A stretch of DNA of 62,296 bases, filler included, from Catajapyx aquilonaris (lineage: Eukaryota): assembly GCA_000934665.2 (NCBI GenBank). It is 3 parts of 3 records of this genome, joined end to end, with 100 filler letters (N's around TTAATTAATTAA, not from the genome) between each part and the next. Parts side by side here need not be neighbours in the genome. Positions count along the whole stretch, not along the records: positions 41,603 to 62,296 come from JYFJ02006213.1; 2 more parts are not named here. One strand, 5' to 3'. Position 1 is the stretch's first letter. Each line of letters opens with the position of its first letter. The notes under the pieces were generated by a model. The model saw only the letters and a program-made list of their open reading frames with translations. It was not told the origin of the DNA and did no database searches. Made by a program: the position numbers and the translations under genes. Positions 48,491 through 59,336 of the stretch are shown here, one piece after another.

Positions 48491-51412
48491 ATGGCTGGGA
48501 AGACCATTGGGATTGACCTGGGCACCACCAACTCTCGAGTGGCAGTCTGGCACGAAGGTCAGGTGAAGGTCATTCCAAACAAAGAAGGGTATCCAGCTAC
48601 ACCAAGCTATGTCACTTTCAATGACTCGGAAAAACTCGTTGGATCAGCTGCCAGGCATCAGGTGAAAACATACTCAAAACATACTAACTTACATAATTAT
48701 TAAGCATCGAAATCGCCTAATATTACGAGAGTTTTACCTTTGCATAGACCACACTAAATTGCTAAATATATTCATCGATCTGTTCTTGCAGATATTTCTG
48801 AACTTGAAAAAGACAGTGTTTGATTCGAAACGACTGATTGGTCGGACTTACCAAAATGTCTGCAGAGAAAGCGACCAACTCAGGAGGTTCTGGCCATTCC
48901 AAGTGGTCGAAAAGGACGGAAAGGCTGCCATAAAAGTTGGACGCGACACATTAAATGCGGAGTCTGTCGCAGCGATGATTCTGGAACAGCTGAAAGGAAC
49001 AGCTGAAAAGTTTTTGGGTGCGAAGGTAACCGGCGCTGTGGTGACGGTACCGGGCACTTTCAACGACGCCCAGCGACTAGCGACGATCGACGCTGCACGT
49101 GTAGCCGGATTCGAGACTGTCCATCTTATTAACGAGCCAACTGCTGCCGCCTTAGCTTACTCAATTGATAGCAGGAATAAAGAAAAAAGAAACGCCCTTG
49201 TGTACAGCCTTGGAGGAGGGTCATTCGACGCCTCGGTGGTCAAAATGGACGGATTGGACATCCAGGAGTTGTCCACAGCGGGAGATCCCTGCATGGGAGG
49301 AACAGACCTTGACATAGATCTGGTAGAGTTCGTTGTAAGAGAAAACCATGAGCCGTTGAATATTGACACATCCGATATTAAGTCTCTCATGATGATAAAC
49401 CGGGCCTGCGAAAAGGCAAAGAGAACTTTGTCCGCAATTGATGAGGCTTATGTAGCAGTGGACAGTTTCAACGAAGAAAACGATTTATGTATGAAGGTAA
49501 TACTGCCGTCCTTTATTGTCCAGAATTTAGATTCATGTTTTCTACTGCTTTCAGATTACGCGACATCAGTTGGAAAATGTGTGTCAGGACTTTATTCGCC
49601 AAACTGTAGAAAAAGTCGAGGAGGCTCTCAAGAAAGCCAAGATGAGCAAGCAGGACGTCGATCACATTATTCTGGTGGGTGGGTCGACTCTAATTCCTAA
49701 GATACGCCAGGTTGTCCAAGACCTTTTCCCTGGCAAACCGCTTTGTAAAATCGTCGATCCGACTGAAGCAGCTGTGCGTGGGGCTGCCATACAAGCTGCC
49801 ATTATAAGTGGAGAAAATATTGACATCGAGGAGGAGCAAGAGGAGAGGGCAATTCGACCTGAACAGATAGACATGCTGTACTCGTACCACATGCGATACA
49901 GCGAATCTCAAGATGAGAATTCGCAGGCTTCCAATGAAACCGAAAGTCAACCAGGAGACATTCCGCCCATTGGCATCCGTTTGGGTGTCATGTCCTCGCA
50001 AGTAGCCGTCTGGATGAATGGCCATGCTAATATCATATTAAACCGTCATGGAGAAACAAGCACGCCTAATTACGTGGCATTTACTGAACATGAGCGGCTC
50101 ATTGGGGCTCCAGCAAAGGCTCAAGTGAGATACCTCTGCTTTAATGTTTAATGAACATTTCATCATGTCGGTTTTACCTACATTTCAGGTGGAGGTGACT
50201 GCTGAGAATACTGTATACGACATGGCACGTCTGATTGGCCGGCCCTACGACGATCCAGATGTTCTGAGCAACTTGAAGTCCTGGAGTTTCCATGTTGTGA
50301 ACGATGGTGGTAAACCGTCCATTGAAGTCCAGCATCAAGGGGAGAAAAAGCGATTATACCCCGAGCAGATAAGTGCAATGGTCTTGGCCAATTTGAAGGA
50401 GACAGCAGAGACACAGTTGAGGACAAAGGTGATCGATGCAGTGTTGACGGTACCTGCTTACTTCAACGATGCCCAAAGACAGGCGACCAAAGACGCGGGA
50501 CAAATAGCCGGCCTGAACGTACTGCGAATAATAAACGAGCCAACAGCAGCAGTCATTGCTTACGGATTGGAAAACAAGACGGAAGAGATCAACGTTTTGG
50601 TGTATCACCTTGGACGAAGCACTTTTGAGGTCACTGTGATTGGTGTCAAAGATTCGTCGTTCAAGATTAAGTCAACATGTAGTGACACCCACTTGGGAGG
50701 GATAGACTTTGAAAATCGAATTGTGGATTTCTACGTTGATATGTTGAAGAGCAAGCACAACAAGGACATCACAGACAATCGCAAAGCCATGCAACGATTG
50801 AGAGGAGCCTGCGAGGAAGCCCAAGAAACACTCTACCAGAGCAGGGAGGCATATGTGACTGTTCGTAACTTAGGCGACGGAATCGACTTAAACCATGTGG
50901 TATGCCATAAAAATTATTTAGAAATGTTATTGTCATATCAGAATTCATACATGCAACATTTAATATTGCAGATGTCAAGAACGAAATTCGACAGCCTTTG
51001 CCTGGACCCTTTTCAAAAGACGTTGGATTTGGTGCAGCAAGTTCTCTCAGACGCCAATTTAGATGTCAGCAAGATTGACGAGGTCGTTTTGGCGGGCTGT
51101 TGCAGCCGAATTCCGAAAATACAGAGCATGGTGAAGAAGTTCTTCAACGACAAAGAACTCCTAAAGAACATCCGTCCAGAGGAAGCAGTTGTCATCGGAG
51201 CTGCTAAACACGCCGCCATTCTTTACTCCATGCAAGCTCATTATGAGACCGAAGATGAGAACCAACACAAGACCCAATCAGATGCAAATGCATCGCTCAC
51301 GTATCGAATGCAAGATTCTGGACCACAAGATGAGGAAGTCACAAAGGAAGCATCCGAACCGCTGGAAGATCTTCTCCAGTACAGAATATCATCTTTCATA
51401 GACGACGATTAG
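48491..51412 (+). CDS. Hsp70-like G4: two tandem NBDs and an acidic tail, no SBD (~865 aa); exons 48491-48661, 48792-49496, 49555-50124, 50189-50899, 50972-51412
   Basis: All introns GT-AG and phase 0. Exon 3 runs in one frame from the end of NBD1 ([11 protein letters not shown]) into the start of NBD2 ([14 protein letters not shown]). Confidence 0.85.
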
Positions 51413-51584
51413 TTCACTGACACTCTTCAAGTTGGTGATTGTCTCGTAATTTTTCGTGCGGATGTGCAATGCGATAGGCTACTGTTATGTATCAGTTTAA
51501 ATGGAGAGAGTGTAGAGTGTGATTATAATAAAAATTAAGGCGTATGACAAAAGTACAGATTAAAAAGCAGTAAAAATTAACACT

Positions 51585-51897
51585 ATGCAAATTTTCAACA
51601 TTCAAACCCAGCTCTTTACTACTCACCGAACAGAATGAGTTTCATTTTTCATGAAACAGTCAAAATTAAGACAGTGAAACTTCCAAGAGAAATGATCTTG
51701 GTATGCAGCAAAATCCATCCTGAAAAGCGGCATCCTTTTTATGTGGCACTGCACTGGCGAGAATTTTTACACCAGTTCTACAATTTCATCAACAATTTGA
51801 TCAAAACAGGTCCAGATATCAGCACAGGAAAAAATAATGCGCACTTTATCTACCTGTCTTGCATGTCGATTACTACTTTTAATGTCATGGACACCGT
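51585..51897. repeat. Duplicated non-coding block
   Basis: 51585-51755 matches 58612-58762; 51828-51895 matches 62223-62291. Confidence 0.75.
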
Positions 51898-52445
51898 GCA
51901 ATGTTTCCATTTATCATAGATTAGTTATCACGCTACCATCGCAACCAAGACGGTGCCGTGCACTTCTGATTAGATTTGGGCCTCTCCCGCGATATTCACA
52001 ACTGCCTAAAATAGTTATGACTGCAGAAATAATGACAGATATGACAAAAGGATGAGACAATTGATTGGTGATACGAAAAACCTGTAGTCACTTTAACATG
52101 AGACATTATAATTCAAATAAGCCTAAAATGCCACTCTTAACAGCACCGTGCCGAAATTAACACTTTATTAGGAACACACTCACTGGCAACTTATATCAAT
52201 AGCCTATAACATTCATATGGTCGAAATCGACATGTTCTAATTGTGCTGCTACATAACATTGCCCATTAGGCTCGACCAGTCCTTTGCCTTTTTTAAAGTA
52301 CGTTCAGTTTTTTCTCGAGCATTCCTGTGCTAGCCGCTGGGTTATCATCAATCCACTGTAAGACAGTCTTGCACTTATGTGTCAGATTAATACTATCTGT
52401 GCTTTAGGTGTGACCTTTCCAGCACATGTCCCTTTCAGTTCGTTT

Positions 52446-55400
52446 TTAAATAATACAGCATTTTGTTTTAGTTCTTCTGGAATGAGCTTTTCTCTTTTCT
52501 TCCTCCCTAAGTAGCTCTTCTGCTCTCTTCTTCTGTTCAAGCTCCTCATTGGCTAAAAATTGAGCTTTTCTCTTTTCTTCCTTCCTAAGTAGCTCAGCTT
52601 CTCTCTTCTTGTGTTCAAGCTCCTCATTGGCTACAAATTGAGCTTTTCTAATCTTTTCTTCCTCCCTAAGTAACTCTTCTTCTCTCTGCATCTTCTCAAG
52701 CTCCTCTTGGCTGAATCGCGACCTTGCATTCCTTATTATGGTTATGCTATTTCTTTGGCCAAATCTGGCTTCTTCAGCGGTGACATGGAGGATTCCATTC
52801 TTGTCCACTTCAAACGTGACCTGCAACTCAATAAGTGGCCCTCCTGGTTGAGCAGGTACGCATCTCAAGGTAAATTGATCGAGATAATTGTTTTCTCCTA
52901 TCAAGGTGCTTTCTCCTTCATATATCTGAAAAGGAAGATATAAAAATGATCAAAATTTTATTAAACAGTAGCGTATAAATTTTGCAACACTCACACGTAT
53001 ACTAAATTCCTTTCGGCCATCTTGAGTTGTCGTGAATGTGTGTGTATGTATACATGGTATTGTCGTGTTTTTCTTCAGCATTGGAAACATTCTATTCCCA
53101 TCAACCTGTATCCCAAGGGACATGGGGATCACATCCTCCAGCGTCACTTCGTTTATGCGATGATCTTCGTCATCACCGTGAAGAACAGCCGCTTGCACTG
53201 CAGCTCCGATGGCAACAGCTTCTTCTGGACTGACGTTCATACAGAGCTCTCTGTTGGCGAAGAACTTTTTGACCATTTCCTGTATTTTGGGGATGCGAGT
53301 GGAACCTCCAACCAAAACAACGTCGTCAATCTCACTCTTGTCAACCTTGGCTTCCGACAGAGCTTGGCTTACAATATCCATCGTCCTTCGGAAAAGATCC
53401 CCGCACATGTCGTCGAAACGGGATTTTGACAACTGCAAGGTAAGGTATTGCAATATTTAGAAATAGCGACAACAATATTATTTTAACATTTTAATGGCCC
53501 ACCCTGTGCTTCAAGTCCACTCCATCGATAATGTTATCTACAGTGACATATGTCGCAGTATTGTTGGAGAGAACGTGCTTGGCATTTTCACAGGCCACCC
53601 TCAGCCGCTGCATGGCCTTGTGATTTCTCCTGATGTCCATGTTGTGTTTACTCTTCAACATGTCGACATAGAAGTCCACCAGTAGGTTGTCAAAATCTCT
53701 TCCTCCCAAATGAGTGTCGCCGCCGGTTGATCTGACCTTGAAGGTCAGGCCTTTTATGGTCAAAACTGTGACGTCGAAAGTTCCACCTCCGAGGTCGTAT
53801 ACCAGAACATCGGTCTCTTTTTGAGCCTTGTTTTTCAATCCGTACGCAATAGCCGCTGCTGTTGGTTCATTGATAATTTGGAGGACGTTCAGACCAGCGA
53901 TTTTCCCTGCGTCTTTGGTCGCCTGTCTTTGGGCATCGTTGAAGTAGGCAGGGACAGTCACCACTACGTCGGTCACCTTCGTCCGCAGCTGTCTCTCTGC
54001 CGTTTCCTTCAAATTGGCCAGGACCATTGAACTAATTTGCTCAGGGTAAAACAGCTTACACTCTCCCTGGTAATTGATTGAAACTCGAGGTTTACCATCT
54101 CGGTTCACCACAGGGAAACTCCAGCATGATCTGATGTCCTTTTGGATGTCGGGGTCATCGTAAGTGCGACCTATCATGCGTTTGGCATCAAACACAGTGT
54201 TCTCTGGAGCCACCAGAATCTGAAATTTATTTGTAATGTCGCATGTTTGAATTGGATGTAAGAAAAAGTGGACGAACAACTTTTTCATATTTTCTGGAAA
54301 AAATTAATCTGCTTTTGCTCACCTCTTTCTTGGCTGCATCCCCCACCAATCTTTCCAGTTCAGTAAACGATACATAACTCGGGGTAACTCTATATCCATC
54401 CCCGTTGAATAGTATGTCGACCACGCCATCTTTCCACACGGCGATGCAAGAACAAGTGGTGCCCAAATCTATGCCTACTGCTGGTCCTGACGCAATTGGC
54501 TCCTCTTTATGGCCTGACTCAATCTTAACCTGAAACCGTAATGAAAGTAGTGTTTAATTTACTGCCACATTTGATGCAAAATGTTCCAACAAAAAATGTC
54601 TAATAATAATTGTTAAAGAATGAAAAAACTCTTAGGCGAATTTATTTATTTACTCTTCACTCACCTTGTCACTTTGGCCGGTATCGGATCTGTCCTGCTC
54701 TTCTTCGGAGGTGACTTGATCCGCATGTCTTCTCGTTTCCTCTAGTTGCCCTCTTTCGGAAATGACATCGCAATGCAAATTATGACCTAACATATCGGCA
54801 GAAAATCGGTACTGAGACAGGTCAGGTTCCGGCCTGGTAAAATGTTCAGGGCTGACACGTTTGTTGACCTTTTCCTGGACATCCTCTACTGCCTTTGCCT
54901 CTTCTGAAGTGGAAGTTTCTCTGTCCTCCTTTGGCTTGTCTGTCACGTAAAAAGAGGTTGTTAATTATTGTGCAAGGTTTGCAAGATTCTAGTCATGTCA
55001 CCTGTCACTTCCTGTGAGCAGTTTATTCCAGAAGAAGCCTGTTTTTGCGGTTGTGTGCTTTTATTTTCATCTTTTTCACTACGAGGAAAACTAATTGCTT
55101 CTATCCCGGGAGTCAAGAAACCTCCTTTTATTTGAATCCTTTTGTTGAGCACAGCACCAAAAACAGCGGCTCCATACACAACTACTTCCTCTGGTTCTAT
55201 GCACTGGTCCAGCTCTTTTAACTGGAAGTAATCCTTCACCATCTCTCTCAACTTTGGTATTCGTGTCGACCCACCAACCAGGATAACGTGCTCTATTTGA
55301 CTTCTCTCTATTTTGGCCTTCCTTAATGCACGTGACACTACACTCAAAGTCGCATTGAACGTGTCGATACACATTTCTTTAAATTGCCGCCTAGATATCT

Positions 55401-56420
55401 ATGACATTAAGACAAAAGTCACTATAAACCACCAGCAAGAATTATGTATTGGTGTTTACCTTGTAGTTGAAATCATAGTTCTGGCTGAGTTTATCGGCGC
55501 GTATGAAGGCCTCATTTTCTAATGACAGTGTTTTCTTGGCCTCTTCGCAGGCAGGCAGTAGCTTCCAACGTGCTTCCGGATCACCCTTCAAATCTAGCCT
55601 TCTTTTCTGCCAAATCATTCCTAAACAGTGTTTCATAAGAAGTCCATCTAGGTTTCTCCCTCCAAGATTAGGATCACTCTCGCTGCAGACCACCTTTGGG
55701 TTGAGGTCCTTCACATTCAGCAGCGACACTTCGAAGGCATAAGTGCCCAAATCGTAAACCAGGACATTTTCAACGTCCTTCACATTCTTTTTGTAGCAAT
55801 ACCCAATAGCAGCCGCAGTGCAATTGCTAATTACGTGAAGGTTAATTATATTGGCCATTTGTGCAATCTCGCTTGTTGTTTGCTCTTTTTGAGTCTCTTT
55901 GAAGTAACCGGGTACAGTCATTACAGCGTGTGTGACATTATGACCCAGAGAGATTTTTGCGTTTTTCATCATTCTTTCCAGCACAAAGTACATGATGTTT
56001 TCTGGGTAATACCTTTGGTTCTTGATGCCTCTTTCCACACAAATCTGCGCTTTGTCCGGCGGAAGAAAGACTGTAAAAGGCCAATGATGTCTGTTGTTCG
56101 GCGGCAGAGAACCGTCTTTCTGTCTTCCAACCAGACGCTTCACATCAAACACCGTGCTTTTCAGATTCCTGCCCATCTGCAATAAAGAAATTTCAGAATC
56201 ACTTAAAGATACCATTTTGAAAATTCAATCAAACCTGTATTTTGGCAGCTCCTCCAATTAAGATTTCTGAGCCGACAAAGGACACATAACTGGGCGTACA
56301 AAGCTGTCCTTTTGCGGAGTGGTCCGGAATAATATGGACTTCTCCATTTTGGCACACTGCAATTCTGGACTCTGCCGTTCCCAAGTCTATCCCAACAATA
56401 GAATGATTTTCAGAAGCCAT
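52446..56420 (-). CDS. Hsp70-like G5: degenerate NBD, acidic linker, canonical NBD, SBD-beta, charged repeats, CaaX (~1138 aa); exons 56420-56235, 56176-55460, 55398-55002, 54939-54665, 54529-54323, 54219-53503, 53432-52995, 52925-52446
   Basis: Phase-compatible GT-AG introns give one ORF. NBD2 retains [34 protein letters not shown] and GGSTRIPK. Ends TKTKCCII*. Confidence 0.82.
52480..52710 (-). repeat. ~78-81-bp coding tandem repeat (3 copies) of an Hsp70 helix-A/B-like segment
   Basis: [27 protein letters not shown] / [26 protein letters not shown] / [23 protein letters not shown]. Confidence 0.85.
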
Positions 56421-57012
56421 TGTATGGATTCAGGCTTCAGGAGCAATCTCCACAGCTATAGGCCTACTGTGGAGATACAATTTCCACCTTATAATTATCA
56501 CAGATGTATTATCTTATTGGCTTAGCACCAAGATGCCCAACATAGATTAAAATAATCCTATGCTTGATAATAATCACAAACTCCCAATCACACGACAGCA
56601 CCTTATAATCCGGGTGCTAACGGTTTGAACTTTGTATTTTCTGAGAAAAGTATGAAACTCGGTACACTCATTCTTTGGACACTTCTGAGCATATCTAGAC
56701 GTGGGGCCACGATGGCCGACCACGCCGGGGGTCAGCAGGGTTGCCATGTCTATCAGGTGCAGCATCATTTAGGACCTTGCATTCGGTCGCCACAATTAGT
56801 CACTTCTGAACATGTTTGGAAGTGGGGCCACTATGCTATGCTGTGGGTCACACGAGGGGGGTTGCCTTAGACGCAATATTATTCTAACGAGCGTGTCATC
56901 TCCCCCATGCATGTTAAATTGCTGGTTGCCCACCCCTGGAAGATCTGCCATGTATTGCGGGTTGCATACCCCTGATGGATCTTATCACCTGTAGGTATCG
57001 GACTCCGATTTT

Positions 57013-58130
57013 TCACACTACTGGAAATGTTACACGTTTAAAATGGAATATTGCATTCCATTTGTTCAATATTATTTTTTGACAAACCACCGTATACTTA
57101 CAGAGAATATGATTGTGGCCAGGATCGTTACCCTTCGCTATCACTGATCTGGCAGCTTCACGTTCGAAATTATGACTTGACTTTTGACTCATGCTTTTTC
57201 CACTTAGGTCAGGTTTGTCAGGAAGCAGCGGTTTTTGGATGTTTTTCTTTACTTTGTTTTTAATACAAGTGGAAGAACTGCACAGACCAAACTGGTTGGA
57301 CGGTTTATGAGAAACAAATCTGATCATAATTATTGCACTGTCTATATGTCGCCAAGCACACCTTGTACAGCTGCTCCATAGACTGGGTCTCTTCCAAGGT
57401 CTCTTCGCATTGTTCCAGCTCTTTCAAATTGAAGAAATCTTTCACCATATCTCTCAGCTTTGGAATTCGTGAAGATCCACCTACCAGCACCACGTGCCCT
57501 ATATGCCTTATTATTCTATTCCGGTCTTCGAGAGTGCAAGAGCCACTAGATCCAAGGTCCTTCTGATCATGCCAGTGACCATGGCTTCAAAATCTTTTCG
57601 AGGAATCTGTAAGAAACAGAAAAACACGATGGCGTACGTACCTAATTTGCACCAATTGGCATGTATAAAATGTCACCTTGCATTATTTTGCTTGAGTAAT
57701 AGAATACTGTAAATGGATAGCAAAAATGATGTCGCTCAAAATCTTCATTTGCCAATAGATACTTATTGCATAATGCTGGTACATTTTTTATCCAACAATT
57801 TATTTTAGAGAATATTAAGAACACCAGGCTAGTTAGCTCGTGTTTTATATCTTCACCAACTGGTAAAATAAATAAAAAATTGTTTTATGGACTCGATATT
57901 TTTACTTCCCAATTGGCATACCATAGTCGTATCTTGCAAAAGAAGTCGTCGCCGTTGAGAAGACAAGGAACATTTACCGTTGTCTAATTTTGGAGGGAGA
58001 GTGTTTTCTTGGCTCTCTCGCAGACTGGGTAGAGCTTAGACAGTGCTTCGAGGTCATTCCTCAAATCCGTCATACAAGTAGTAGCCTCGTCCAATCAATC
58101 GCTTCACTTCAAACACAGTGTTCACAGAAT
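57013..58130 (-). pseudogene. Hsp70-like pseudogene G6 (decayed paralogue of G7)
   Basis: Fragments NTVFEVKRLIGRG, KLYPVCERAKKTLSLQN*, VLVGGSSRIPKLRDMVKDFF and KPDLSGKSMSQK, with stops, frameshifts and a large NBD deletion; intron homologous to G7 intron 2. Confidence 0.8.
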
Positions 58131-59336
58131 GATGCCTAATGACTGCAGCAATAACACTTGAACTGCCATAACAATTTACTGCCACAAATGAAGACGCGTA
58201 TGTCCCCCAACAATAATAATCATTTCTGTTGACGAGAATCGCGAAGAAAACTTCCCCTCTCCAGTGAAATGCGGTCAATACTTCATTAAATTGTTGCTCC
58301 AAAAATTCAACATGCTCATGATGTCACATTCATCAAGGCTTGATTTACATCGACAGAAAATTCAGGACGCCGTTTTTCTGAGGATGGATTGTTGGAAGGG
58401 TATGACAGAAGAACTGAGACGATGAAAGACAACTTTTACTCAATATAACATTATATATTGGTAGTTTGAATTACCAGAAAATGTCACTCTTGAAAGTATT
58501 TGCTGAAATGATCAGGTTATTTGGAAAACACGTTGCGATCTTTTCCGAAGGATATTGTAAGCCAAGCTATGTCCCTAAAACTTTCTTTGGCCATTGAAAA
58601 TGAGAGAAAATTTTGCAAATTTTCAACATTCAAGCCCAGCTCTTTACTACTCACCGCACATAATGAGTTTCATTTTTCATTAAACAGTCATAATTAAGTG
58701 GAACTTCCAAGATAAATGATCTTGGTATGCAGGAAAATCCATCCTTTTTATGTGGCACTGGCTTAAATTATTACACCATTATGGGAGTTTTACATATTGA
58801 TGAATTTTAATACGACACACTGCTACAGTATGTCCACGTTCTCCAGTTATTATTAGACTAGTGTTTTTTCAAGATGTTATCTGCCCACTTGTGGTTATCA
58901 GTAAATGCACGAGGGCAGCCATTGCAGGTCGTCTAGAGGTCATAGCAACCTTGACTTTCACAATTTATTACATTTGGTGTTGGTAGAAACACTGTCCATC
59001 ATAGTTGTATTATAAGAAATTGGAAAAATTACGGAAATTTACAAATCTGGGATTTAAAAACTTACGGTCATGTGCTTGGTAAGGAACACATCCTGATCTG
59101 CATGTAGCACGGACTCTCTTTAATGTGCAGTACATATATTCTCACCCCAAATGCATATTTTATTGCAATAAACAATTTTACGAAATAAGGTGTTACAATA
59201 ACATCCTTGACAACATCAGTAAGTGAGCATATTTCTTCACTCAAATACGGATCAACAACAGAGCGATTTTTAAGCCCATGTTCTAGTTTTGAGAATTAGT
59301 TAGTGTCAGTACGCAGTGCTGTTTCCATATTGCACG

